The position numbers were made by a program, and so were the translations under genes. Shown here piece by piece: positions 40,033 through 50,102 of a DNA stretch of 64,000 nt (within the stretch, counting starts at the first letter, position 1; every line of letters begins with the position of its first letter). Origin of the DNA: an uncultured cyanobacterium. Its GTDB lineage: Bacteria > Cyanobacteriota > Cyanobacteriia > Cyanobacteriales > Nostocaceae. The notes beneath the pieces are model-generated. The model saw nothing but the letters and a program-made list of their open reading frames with translations, had not been told where the DNA came from and did no database searches. The stretch spans positions 1,248,001-1,312,000 of the forward strand of contig CAVUDP010000002.1 in NCBI GenBank assembly GCA_963740315.1. Direction: 5' to 3'.

Positions 40033-42042
40033 GTGATAAAAATGCCTATATTCTCAAATGATGAAGGGAAAGCAAGTTTTAATAAACCTCTTTATGGCTT
40101 AACTGGAACTTATACTTTATCCGAAGGTATTGCGCTTCCTTATTTTCTTTCTTTGATTGAAATTAATCGAGCAATTGATGAACTTAAGATTGCCGAACAA
40201 ATTCCCGCCTCTATCGATACAAAATGGTCGTTGAAAGAACTTTTTCAAAGAGAAATTGATGAGAAGAGAGTAGAAGACGATATTGTTAAAGGTTATCTTC
40301 TCAATCCGAAAAAATTAAAATTTTTCAATGCTATTACTATAGTACTAATGCCCAAGGGGGTTGATGAAAAAATTCAAGATACGTTTGATAATGTAGATAC
40401 AAATGCTCCCCCTATTCCTTACGATGGAAGCGATACTGATGACGCACAATGGAACCAACCCCAAGCTAAAATTGCTAACTTTGGTGGTGTTCAATTCGTT
40501 TCTGTTGGAACACAAGCGCGGCTTCGTTGGGATAAGGAGCGGATTTTACCAGTAGCTGTAGATGGACAACATCGTCTTTGGGCGCTTCGTACTTTTCGTG
40601 AAGATCCAAAATTTAGAGGTGGTACTCTTCATACCACAGAAAAACAAACTAAGATTCCAATTTTATTTGTTTTACTTCATCCTGATGCAGGGTTTCAAAA
40701 TATTCAAAGTGAAGCCGATTATTCCATTCGAGGAATTGCTCGTGAATTATTTACTGACTTGAATAAAAATGCTAAGACAGTTGATAAAGCTAGAGAGCTA
40801 ATTCTTGACGATCAAAGTATTAACGCACAGTGCGTCAGAACGCTGATTACAGAGAAAACAGGTGAAGATGCGGACGATAGACTTCCTCTTTCCTTAGTAC
40901 GTTGGCAAGATGATTCTGTCAAATTTGATAGTTCCTACTATCTGAATTCACTTGTAAATTTGGATCTTTTGGTTTCTGCAACTTTGGATTTGAAACCACC
41001 ACGCGATCCTATGGAAAAGAAGCAAATTGAAGGGTTTATAAAAAGTATTGACGATGCACTCGGCATAAACGGACAACCAGTTGAGTATGAAGGACGCTCT
41101 CTCTTCACTTATTATCAAGAAGATTACTGCGATGAAGATGAAGAGCCAGAAACACCTTTTTCTCGATTACCACAGAATTATCTGAGTTCAGCAATAAAGG
41201 GCTTTGAAGTTAACTTTCGTCCTTGGTTAATTAAGCTTTTACTGGATTTCAAACCTTACAATAACTTGCTTGAATATGCCCGCGATAATGATTTGATTGA
41301 AGGTACTTTTGGCAAATTCCAAGCTCAGACAAGTAAACACAAAGGAACGATTAAAGAGCAGGAAAATGCAAGAGATAGTGATTGGCACCAAACAAAAATA
41401 ATTAGCCATAGCAAAGCTATTAATGCTTTGAAAGAAAACCAGTGGGCTTTCAAAGTTATATTTCAAAAAGCTATAGTTCGTTTAGGAAAACTTATAGAGT
41501 TTAAAAATACAAGAACAGATGAAAGTTTAGGCAATATAAATAATGTTATAGATTTTCTAAATCGGCTTTACGATCGAGGTATTTTGAAGGTAGATGTTAA
41601 TTTAGCAAATTACCCATATCGTTTGTGGACATTTGTAGCGATAAATCCTGGTAATGACAAAATTAAGGTTGCGAAAACAGTAGAAGATAGAATATTTTAC
41701 TTACTATGCTTATGGTATTTTGGTTCTCGTAAAGTCCAAATAGACGCTGCAAATGGTTATCCGATGTTATCCAGACGAAAGCTATTAAATTTTTTCAGAG
41801 CAGATGTAAATAAAGTCCAGTGGTCAAATTGTACGGATGCTTACAAAGCATTGTATAAAGGTTTTGACACTAATACATTTTATGGCAAAGACTATGAAAA
41901 AATGGGCGAGCAAAAAAAAGAGGATATGGTGCGTGACAGATTTTCTGCTGTATTAGTAGCTGGTTTGCCCGAAATTTATACTGAATTATTGACTAAACAA
42001 GTATCTGTTGAAGATGAAATAGATACTGAAGATACCGAATAA
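40033..42042 (+). CDS. Second, larger DGQHR-domain (DndB-like) protein
   Basis: LFQREID, FFNAITI, VDGQHR, RELFTDLNKNA; long unrecognised C-terminal region. Confidence 0.78.
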   Translation: MIKMPIFSNDEGKASFNKPLYGLTGTYTLSEGIALPYFLSLIEINRAIDELKIAEQIPASIDTKWSLKELFQREIDEKRVEDDIVKGYLLNPKKLKFFNAITIVLMPKGVDEKIQDTFDNVDTNAPPIPYDGSDTDDAQWNQPQAKIANFGGVQFVSVGTQARLRWDKERILPVAVDGQHRLWALRTFREDPKFRGGTLHTTEKQTKIPILFVLLHPDAGFQNIQSEADYSIRGIARELFTDLNKNAKTVDKARELILDDQSINAQCVRTLITEKTGEDADDRLPLSLVRWQDDSVKFDSSYYLNSLVNLDLLVSATLDLKPPRDPMEKKQIEGFIKSIDDALGINGQPVEYEGRSLFTYYQEDYCDEDEEPETPFSRLPQNYLSSAIKGFEVNFRPWLIKLLLDFKPYNNLLEYARDNDLIEGTFGKFQAQTSKHKGTIKEQENARDSDWHQTKIISHSKAINALKENQWAFKVIFQKAIVRLGKLIEFKNTRTDESLGNINNVIDFLNRLYDRGILKVDVNLANYPYRLWTFVAINPGNDKIKVAKTVEDRIFYLLCLWYFGSRKVQIDAANGYPMLSRRKLLNFFRADVNKVQWSNCTDAYKALYKGFDTNTFYGKDYEKMGEQKKEDMVRDRFSAVLVAGLPEIYTELLTKQVSVEDEIDTEDTE

Positions 42043-42052
42043 ATTTTTATTT

Positions 42053-42203
42053 GGCGGTTGAAACCGCTGCTACACGGGGAAAGTCCACCTGCGTGGACTA
42101 ATATATTTTATGAATAAAATTAAAATATACGCTGGATTAACCCGCGTTCAGCGGAGCTGCGGCTCAGGCGGGTTTTGCCTGTGTAGAAGCGGTTTCAACC
42201 GCC
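42053..42203. repeat. REP-like palindromic element, copy 2 (direct orientation to copy 1)
   Basis: Same arms as 38452-38584, with an extra TTCAGCGGAGCTGCGGCT insert. Confidence 0.8.
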
Positions 42204-42226
42204 GGGAATTTTCCGAAAACCTATCA

Positions 42227-42697
42227 TCAAGACAAAAACTTACTCAAATCAAATTCTTGCTGCTTATCTTCCTTAAACCTTTCCGCACTCAACATCAACA
42301 ACAGCCTTTCCGAATAATCTACCGCACCTCTTAATTCAGTTTGCAATATTTCCAAACCACCATTCGTATATTCTTCAAAAATATTATTACGCTCAGTTTG
42401 AGATTCTTCCTCAATTACCGAAAGTACTTTTATATCCTTAGTTTCAGTAATTCCGAGCAGTTTAATTACCCAGTCATAACCCATTGAAGCAAAAGTTTCG
42501 ACTTTAATAGGTGAAGGTTCCCTTTTAGAAATTTCCCCCAAAACCACTCTACGATTATGCTTTTTACCCAAAGTAGCCGCAAAAACTACCACATCGGCAA
42601 AAGTTTGAAAAGGTCCCGTTGCACCATTCCAAGATGTTAAACTTTGTACTAACTCCGCCTTATCTTTTGCAACCCTTATTCTTCCAGTTTCAGCCAT
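42227..42697 (-). CDS. Dnd-system-associated protein 4-like (candidate PbeD)
   Basis: IRVAKDKAELV, FQTFADVVVFAA, FEEYTNGGLEIL; in dnd locus. Confidence 0.7.
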   Translation of the reverse strand: MAETGRIRVAKDKAELVQSLTSWNGATGPFQTFADVVVFAATLGKKHNRRVVLGEISKREPSPIKVETFASMGYDWVIKLLGITETKDIKVLSVIEEESQTERNNIFEEYTNGGLEILQTELRGAVDYSERLLLMLSAERFKEDKQQEFDLSKFLS

Positions 42698-42880
42698 TTT
42701 CAGTTATCAGTGAACAGTGAACAGTCATCAGTTATCAATTATCAATTATCATTCGTTCATGGTTGATTTTTATTTTCCTTTGCTTTTGTAAATGAAACAC
42801 AATATTTTTTAAATTACTAATTCTCTTTCACTCTTCCTCTGCGCTCTCTGCGACTAGTAAGGTTTTTTAACCACAATATT

Positions 42881-42948
42881 GGTGCGTTACGGCATTTTAT
42901 AATTTATAAGCTAAAAACAAATTTGCTCGTGCCGTAACACACCCTACA
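42881..42948. repeat. GTAGGGTG(C/T)GTTA-type REP hairpin (related copies near 45648, 45762, 45904, 55278)
   Basis: GGTGCGTTACGGCA..TGCCGTAACACACCCTAC arms with variable spacer. Confidence 0.7.
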
Positions 42949-42992
42949 ATCTATTGCTCATTGATAATTGATAATTGATAATTGATAATTGT

Positions 42993-45059
42993 TCACTCCC
43001 TCTCAACCTCGACAATTTCACTATACTCAAACTCATTCGGACTTTGTTTCACTAAAGGATATCTTTCCCCACTCAATTCAATAAAATCTTGTTCGCAATT
43101 GGGTTTGGAAGAATAATAAGTCAACACATATTCTCTACCAACTCGGTATGACATTTCGTCTTCTACTTCACCCCTCCATTGAGTTTTAGTTACCAATACG
43201 ATTAATTGATTTGCTAATTTTGGAATGATTTGAGCTATGTGCTTTCGATAAATTACATCTAAGCTTCCGAAAGGTGAATCCATCACAATCGGAAAGGTGC
43301 TGCTATCTGCTACCATGAGCATTTTATTTTGACTCCAATCTCGCACGCGATCGATAATGCTGCTAATAAATGATAAACTGAGAACTTGATTTTCTCCGGT
43401 AGATGCTGCAACTGGCATTGCTAAACCAGAAGTATTTTCTATTAGCGTTAATTCGTATTTTTCACTGATTGTGGGAATATAAGGTGTAAAGGAAATTTCG
43501 CTAAATATCTCCTGCACCCGTTTTTCTAACTGCAAGCGGAATTGCTCTTCCTGCAAAACTTTGACTTGGGTTAATCTATCGATCGCGTCTTGTGTGGCGC
43601 TGATGCGACGCTGTGCTAATATCTGTTTTTCTTCGTTTAATTTCTGCTTGGATATTTGTTTATTCAAACTTTCCAATTCTGTTTTTAAGTTAATTACTTT
43701 CTGCTGGTTTGCACCTTGTTCTAAAGTTAACTCTGTAATCTTCTCTTCAATTTTATCCAAACGCTTTTGTAAACTTCTAATCTCTTCACTAGGATCTTTT
43801 CTTAATCTTTCTTCAATATTATCCAACTCTGCTTCAATTTCAGCTATAACCTGTCTTAACTGACTGATTCTAGTTTGTTCCTTATCAATTTCTTCCCAAA
43901 ATATCGCTGCTTGTTTGTGACTTTCATCAACTTGAGCGCTGATTCTAATTGCTGTTTCTTCAACTTCGGAGGAGCCAGCTTTCTTCAACCAAGTTTCGAC
44001 ATTTGCGCGAGTTGTACTTTCTTGATTCAAACTCGTACCGCAAATACAGCTACTTGATTTTAATAGCTCTTGAATAAATTCCCGCGAAATCCCTGTAGTT
44101 AACTTTCCTTTCTGCTTCAAATTATCAACAATTTCTCGAAACTGTACTGTTGTTTCCGGTAATAATACTGTATAGCCGCGTGTGGATATGGCTTTTTTGA
44201 TAGTTTCTCTAGTTTGCCGCAAATTATCTTGATGCGACGCTTTCTGTTTTTCTAATTCCTGTCGCCTTTCCTGTAAATCCTTTGCCGCATTCAATTCCCG
44301 CAAACGTTTACTAGTTTCTTTTTTAAAAGTATTTTGATATTCTAACTCTTTAACTATTTCTTGCTGTCGTTTGCTAATTATTTCAATTTCAAGCTCAATT
44401 TTACCCTGCTGTTTCAATAGTTTTTTAATTTCCGAATCACCAATTATTCTCAACTCATTTTCTAAGCTTTTCTTGGCTTCTTGTAAATGTCGAATCGAAC
44501 GATTGATTACCTCAACCCCCAAAAAGATTTTAGTAGCTTCAGCAATTTCTGCCTTCTTATCGGAACGAACTATTTCTTCAATTCGTTCGCCATCGAAAAA
44601 GAAATATTGATGTAAACTTGCAGGTAGAATTTGTCCGATAATATCTTCCGGCTGTTGCGGTGGCAGATACCATCTACCGTCATCTCCCGCTACCTGCATA
44701 TATATTTCTGTTTTACCAACATCAATATCTTGCTGGTGTTTGTAAACCCGACATTGGCGTTTTACTCGATAGCGTTTCCCGTCATGTTCCCACGCTAACT
44801 CCACCCAACATTCCACACTCTGCCCAATTTTAGCTTCAGCGATCGCTCTTTTATTTACAAGTTGATCGATTGAGGCAAAAGCTGCACTAAATTTTTCGTA
44901 CAATACCCATGTAAATGCATTCAGCAAACTCGTTTTACCCGCACCATTATTACCGTAAATAATAGTAGTATTGTTTGAGTTTGTCCCAGCAAGAGTTATT
45001 TCACAAGTTTTACCGTAAAAAGAGCGAAAGTTACAAAGCTTAATAGAAGTCAGCTTCAT
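42993..45059 (-). CDS. DndD-like SMC/ABC ATPase (candidate PbeC)
   Basis: GNNGAGKTS, YFFFDGE, central CICG, ASTGENQ, MDSPFGSLD. Confidence 0.82.
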   Translation of the reverse strand: MKLTSIKLCNFRSFYGKTCEITLAGTNSNNTTIIYGNNGAGKTSLLNAFTWVLYEKFSAAFASIDQLVNKRAIAEAKIGQSVECWVELAWEHDGKRYRVKRQCRVYKHQQDIDVGKTEIYMQVAGDDGRWYLPPQQPEDIIGQILPASLHQYFFFDGERIEEIVRSDKKAEIAEATKIFLGVEVINRSIRHLQEAKKSLENELRIIGDSEIKKLLKQQGKIELEIEIISKRQQEIVKELEYQNTFKKETSKRLRELNAAKDLQERRQELEKQKASHQDNLRQTRETIKKAISTRGYTVLLPETTVQFREIVDNLKQKGKLTTGISREFIQELLKSSSCICGTSLNQESTTRANVETWLKKAGSSEVEETAIRISAQVDESHKQAAIFWEEIDKEQTRISQLRQVIAEIEAELDNIEERLRKDPSEEIRSLQKRLDKIEEKITELTLEQGANQQKVINLKTELESLNKQISKQKLNEEKQILAQRRISATQDAIDRLTQVKVLQEEQFRLQLEKRVQEIFSEISFTPYIPTISEKYELTLIENTSGLAMPVAASTGENQVLSLSFISSIIDRVRDWSQNKMLMVADSSTFPIVMDSPFGSLDVIYRKHIAQIIPKLANQLIVLVTKTQWRGEVEDEMSYRVGREYVLTYYSSKPNCEQDFIELSGERYPLVKQSPNEFEYSEIVEVERE

Positions 45060-45244
45060 TTTACAGCTTCCTTGACTATTGCTAAAATATCTTCGTTAAT
45101 ATGACCGAAACTTTTTTTATCAAGTCTGCTTTTTTCTAAATGCCATACTTGCTCGATAATTTGCCGTACTTCTGGTGAAGCGCACTTTATTGGTTCTTGA
45201 ACTTCATCTATATTATGCTTTTTTTCCATTACAGTTTTTAACAT
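45056..45244 (-). CDS. Small protein coupled to the ATPase (candidate PbeB)
   Basis: Stop overlaps ATPase start (ATGA, 45056-45059); start may be 45229. Confidence 0.6.
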   Translation of the reverse strand: MLKTVMEKKHNIDEVQEPIKCASPEVRQIIEQVWHLEKSRLDKKSFGHINEDILAIVKEAVK

Positions 45245-45642
45245 AGCAATCCAAGCTATATTTTACCTGTAGTCGCTATACTCTGTTATCCGTAAACTCA
45301 CTGTAACGATGTTTGCTTCAATTATGCTTTTAAGGCTGATTATTATTAGTCAACTGTTCTATGAATGTATTATTTGAAACCCTTAATAAGGTTTAATAAA
45401 TAAATTTGATGTGTAATAATATGTAAAGAAATTTAAATCATTTTTTACTATTTCTCTCAAAAAAAATATTTATTTTAGAACCCCTTTTCTGGTATATTTT
45501 TTATATAAAGTATTTATTATAATGGAAATATTAGTGCTTTTAAAAATTTGGCTAATATCCCCATTATAAAAATATCTATCTCTATATTTAATTATCCCAC
45601 ATCGCGGGCATTTTTATTTTTTTTTCAACGCAAAGGAACGAA

Positions 45643-45867
45643 AGTTTGTAGGGTGTGTTATGGCGCGACAGGCAATTCCGGCGATCGCAAAATACTATTT
45701 TTTGCGCCTAACGCACCGTTTTAATATACTAGAAGTTATATATTTGAAAAAAATTCAGTTTGTAGGGTGTGTTATGGCGCGACAGGCAATTCCGGCGATC
45801 GCAAAATACTATTTTTTGCGCCTAACGCACCGTTTTAATATACTAGAAGTTATATATTTGAAAAAAA
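45643..45867. repeat. Tandem duplication with 114-bp period containing a REP hairpin
   Basis: 45643-45753 repeated at 45757-45867. Confidence 0.9.
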
Positions 45868-46182
45868 GAATTTCAGTTATTTAGTTATGCAACAATCTCG
45901 GATGGTGCGTTAAATGCATCAAAGTTATCGTTTAGATTTGTAAATAGTCCTGCATCTAACACACCCGACAAAAAAATAAATTTATTTAGAGCGCTTTCTT
46001 GATATTATATTTATATAAAACATTTTATTACAATGGGAATATTAGTGCTTATAAAAATTTGGCTAATATCCCCATTATAAAAATATCTATCTCTATATTT
46101 AATTATCCCACATTGCGGTCGTTTTTCTTTTTTTAACGAATAAATTGAGAAAATTTTTTTAACCCAATGCCCAATGCCCAAA

Positions 46183-47670
46183 TTAAACATCCATCAACCC
46201 ATACCGTTTTTGTAAATCCAGCAATTTCATCCTCGCTTCACCAGCATTGTCAGCTAAATCGGCAAACTCAACAAAGCGTCGCAACTCTTTTCTTAACAAA
46301 TTGCGCTCCACTTCCAAAGTATTTCTATCTAAGTCTGGAGGCAACACAATCATATCGAATATAGTTGCACGTTCCTTGCCGGGATGAGGGCGTAAAACAC
46401 GTCCCCGTCGCTGGATAAATTGACGAGGATTGCTCGAACTTGCTAAAATCACGGCTGTTTTAATCGCTGGAATATCGACTCCTTCATCCAAACAGCGAAT
46501 TGCAACTAAACCTTGTAATTCTCCGCTTTCAAACTGATTTCTTAAAGCTTCTCTCTCTACCAAAGAAGTTTCCGCCGTATAAGTACTAACTCTATAACCT
46601 AAATCAACTCCTAAAATGCGAGTTACTTCCTTCAATTGACGCAAATTTGCACGCCCTTCTGCTTCCTGGGAACCATCGCTGCAATAAAATAATGTATGAG
46701 TAGTTTCGCGACGAGTTAACATCAATTCCCGTAAAGCATTCAATTTATTTTCCGCAGCACTTACCAACCTCGCACGCTGAATTAATAAAGATTTGATATC
46801 TTCATTGCCTTCAATATCGATTAAATCGCCATCTCGCTGCTTATAGCTCAAAACACGTCCAATTTTTCGCGTCAATTTCGCATAAGCAAGACTTTCCGAT
46901 TCAGTCAATTCTATTAGTACCGGATAATAAAGATAGCTAACCAAAGCACCTTGAGCGATCGCATCTCTCAAAGTAAATTCCGGTTGCAAAACCGCACCAA
47001 AATAATTCAATACAGACTGAGTTCCTTCCTCATCAAAATATCTTTCCGGTGTTGCAGATAACCCCAATCTTAAGCCGACATTGCGCGGTAAACTTTCCTC
47101 TAACTTGGGTGAACCTAAATTATGTGCTTCATCACCAATAATCAAAGTTTTTTCAGGAAAGTATTTCAATTGAGATTGGAAACCATCACTTATCAAAGTT
47201 GAATTAGTAGTAATTACCGTGAGAAACTGTTGAGAACCAGAACGCACATTATAAAGCTGCTCCGAAAGCTGCGTTTGCCAAGTGCGGACATTTTCAAAAG
47301 CTAGAATCGGCTGTAAACCAAACTTTTCGCATTCCCGCGCCCATTGGGTAACAAGATGGCGGTAAGGACATACCACCAGCAATACTTGCAAATTAATTTG
47401 ACTATATAATTCCCAAGTAACTGCTAGTGCTGTAATAGTCTTACCGCTACCAGTCGCCATTTTCAAAGTACCCCTACCATTATTAGCAAACCAATTATTT
47501 ACAGCTTGCTTTTGGTAGCCTCGCAATTGCAGAGATGGCGGAATTTTCGGACATCCCGGTAATGGCTGTTTTGCTCGATAAGTACCCTTCTTTTCCCCTG
47601 CATAACCTATATAAGGAATTTTCAGACGAAAAGTAATTGGTGTCTTAGACTTTTTTGGCGTTAGATACAT
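46183..47670 (-). CDS. PT-system SF2 (DEAH) helicase / restriction protein (candidate PbeA)
   Basis: LRGYQ, MATGSGKT, GDEAH, LSATP, CLDEGVDIP, QRRGRVLR. Confidence 0.85.
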   Translation of the reverse strand: MYLTPKKSKTPITFRLKIPYIGYAGEKKGTYRAKQPLPGCPKIPPSLQLRGYQKQAVNNWFANNGRGTLKMATGSGKTITALAVTWELYSQINLQVLLVVCPYRHLVTQWARECEKFGLQPILAFENVRTWQTQLSEQLYNVRSGSQQFLTVITTNSTLISDGFQSQLKYFPEKTLIIGDEAHNLGSPKLEESLPRNVGLRLGLSATPERYFDEEGTQSVLNYFGAVLQPEFTLRDAIAQGALVSYLYYPVLIELTESESLAYAKLTRKIGRVLSYKQRDGDLIDIEGNEDIKSLLIQRARLVSAAENKLNALRELMLTRRETTHTLFYCSDGSQEAEGRANLRQLKEVTRILGVDLGYRVSTYTAETSLVEREALRNQFESGELQGLVAIRCLDEGVDIPAIKTAVILASSSNPRQFIQRRGRVLRPHPGKERATIFDMIVLPPDLDRNTLEVERNLLRKELRRFVEFADLADNAGEARMKLLDLQKRYGLMDV

Positions 47671-47856
47671 AAAATGGCAGCTACCCTGGGTAATTCGTGA
47701 TTCGTAATTAAAAAGATGGGGAGAGGGGGAGACAAGGGGACAAGGAGATGGGGGGATGGGGAGACAATTATTAACTTTTAACTCCTAACTCCTCATTCCT
47801 AACTCCTCACAATGCCCCATGCCCAATGCCCCATGCCCAATGCCCGATTCCCTTTC

Positions 47857-48465
47857 TCAGTTGTAATTACGCCAAACGGCAACCAGCGAACCTTGCACCT
47901 GTACTTGCCCCGCATCAACTTCAATTGGCTGATATTTAGAGTTTGCAGGTTCGAGGGTAATCCGTTCGGTACTTGTACGATAAAACCGCTTTAATGTGGT
48001 ACCGTGCCCGTCTACCATTGCGGCGACAATGGTACCGTCTTTGAGCATATCTGGCTCTTGTACCGGACGCAAAAATACCATGTCTCCATCAACTATGGAA
48101 TCTTCAATCATGCTGTCGCCAGTTACCCGCAAAGCATAAGTTTGAAAAGGTAATTTGATCTCTTTAAAATCCAAATGCTCCACAGCATCGGTAAACGGTT
48201 CAATTAAACCACCAGCAGCTATGGTTCCCAAAATCGGTACGCCCGGTTCTTCGGGATGCAAAACTCTAATAGTCCGGGCTTTACCTTCACTCCACTCAAT
48301 ATATCCTTTGTTGCGTAAATGCTCCAAACGGCTTTGAATGGGTGCTGGTGACTTCAAATTCATCGCTTGCATCATCTGACGAATTGAAGGTGAATGCTGA
48401 CGCATTCGGATATATTCCGTCAGCCAATCGTAAAGTTCTCTTTGTGCTTCTGTCAGTTTTTCCAT
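47857..48465 (-). CDS. lexA: SOS repressor LexA
   Basis: SPSIRQMM wHTH, IAAG cleavage site, GDSM serine, TLKR lysine. Confidence 0.95.
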   Translation of the reverse strand: MEKLTEAQRELYDWLTEYIRMRQHSPSIRQMMQAMNLKSPAPIQSRLEHLRNKGYIEWSEGKARTIRVLHPEEPGVPILGTIAAGGLIEPFTDAVEHLDFKEIKLPFQTYALRVTGDSMIEDSIVDGDMVFLRPVQEPDMLKDGTIVAAMVDGHGTTLKRFYRTSTERITLEPANSKYQPIEVDAGQVQVQGSLVAVWRNYN

Positions 48466-48498
48466 AGATTTATAGGGAAGTAAAATACAAATGTCCCT

Positions 48499-48512
48499 AG
48501 AACATTAGTACT
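48499..48512 (-). promoter_or_regulatory. LexA autoregulatory box
   Basis: AGTACTAATGTTCT on - strand, 33 nt upstream of the lexA ATG. Confidence 0.8.
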
Positions 48513-48647
48513 ACAAAAAACCTCATTCCGGCAAAGTTTTTTGCCTTTTATATTGCAATTTTTTAAAGAAATTTAGAATCTTAAGTGGAAACCGGGGAGA
48601 TTTTGGATAGTAATTAAGAGAAAATCCAAAATCCGTCTTCCTAAAAT

Positions 48648-49574
48648 TTAAACTGGTTCGGCTTCTAAAATGCTGGCAAGTAAAGCCTTTTGAGCGTGGA
48701 GTCGGTTTTCTGCTTGTTGCCAAACTCGCGAATGTTCGCCTTCAATAACATCATTTGTTATTTCTTCATCGCGATGGGCTGGTAAACAGTGCAGAACGAT
48801 CGCTTTTGGGTCAGCAAAACTCAACAATTCCTGATTAATTTGGTAGGGTTTAAAAATTGGCATTCGGTCAGAAGCTTCTTCTTCTTGTCCCATACTTGCC
48901 CAAACATCAGTATAAAGTATATTAGCATTCTTTGCGGCGATTTGAGGATCTTTGGTAATAATAATTTCAGTTTTTCCACTTGAAATTGCCCGTGCTTGTT
49001 CTACAACATCTGAAGAAGGTTCGTATCCGTTGGGAGTGGCAATTTTCACGTTCATACCTACCAAAGCACACCCCAACATCAAGGAATTTGCAACATTATT
49101 ACCGTCGCCAACATAAGTTAAAGTCAAACCTGTCAAAGTTTGAAATTCCTCTTGAATTGTCAATAAATCCGCCAAAATCTGACAGGGATGCTCTAAATCT
49201 GTCAGGGCATTAATTACCGGAATTTGAGCATAATTTGCAAAAGTTTCTAATTCAAGATGTTCAAAGGTACGAATTGCCAAGATATCAAGATATCTATCCA
49301 AAACTCTTGCCGTATCTTTAATTGGTTCCCCGCGACTAACTTGGGTAACATTAGGATTGAGATCGATAACCTGCCCGCCTAACTGATACATTGCAACCGT
49401 AAAACTTACCCGCGTTCGAGTAGAAGCTTTAGAAAATAGAAGTCCCAATACTTTATTACACTGCAATTTCAACTGTTGTGATTTTAATTGAGTTGCCATC
49501 TGCAAAAGTTCTTCGACTTCCACCGCGCTCAAATCTGCTACGCTCAATAAATCTCTTTGGCTTAACGCTGTCAT
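48648..49574 (-). CDS. argF: Ornithine carbamoyltransferase
   Basis: STRTR, HPCQ, SMG, HCLP. Confidence 0.97.
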   Translation of the reverse strand: MTALSQRDLLSVADLSAVEVEELLQMATQLKSQQLKLQCNKVLGLLFSKASTRTRVSFTVAMYQLGGQVIDLNPNVTQVSRGEPIKDTARVLDRYLDILAIRTFEHLELETFANYAQIPVINALTDLEHPCQILADLLTIQEEFQTLTGLTLTYVGDGNNVANSLMLGCALVGMNVKIATPNGYEPSSDVVEQARAISSGKTEIIITKDPQIAAKNANILYTDVWASMGQEEEASDRMPIFKPYQINQELLSFADPKAIVLHCLPAHRDEEITNDVIEGEHSRVWQQAENRLHAQKALLASILEAEPV

Positions 49575-49888
49575 ACTTTTTTAATTACTTTTAAGGACAA
49601 TTAGCTATTATGCCGAATCTGTTTAGACAATTATCAAATAAATTTTAAAATCCTCCAGTTTTCTTTGAAATGCCCGAATTTCAAGATAACTTGTAGAGGT
49701 GGCAGAAAAGTTTTAATTTTTTTTATGTTTAGCATTCTATTTTTCTATTACAGTACCCGTGGTTTCAGGTGCGGGTAAATCACTCTCCGGACAGATAAAA
49801 ATATTTACCTTATCTGCTCGTTTAAAATAAATCGGGGGCTTTACAATATTATTTTTTCTGGTACAATTACAAAGTTAGTATGTCTTTT

Positions 49889-49960
49889 GCCAGCATGGCT
49901 CAGTGGTAGAGCAACGCACTTGTAATGCGTAGGTCGTCGGTTCAAATCCGACTGCTGGCT
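49889..49960 (+). tRNA. tRNA-Thr(TGT)
   Basis: GCCAGCA/TGCTGGC acceptor stem, ACGCA-CTTGTAA-TGCGT anticodon arm, GGTTCAAATCC T-loop; CCA not encoded. Confidence 0.95.
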
Positions 49961-50102
49961 TTTTGATTAAATATTTTTTGTCAGAAAGTTTTGTTGTCGT
50001 ACAGTGACAGATTATTTGCGATCTAACCACTGGTGACAAATTAGTATCGTCGAACTTAATAACTAATATTTGTTTTTATTTTAACGAGTTTACGTAAATA
50101 CT

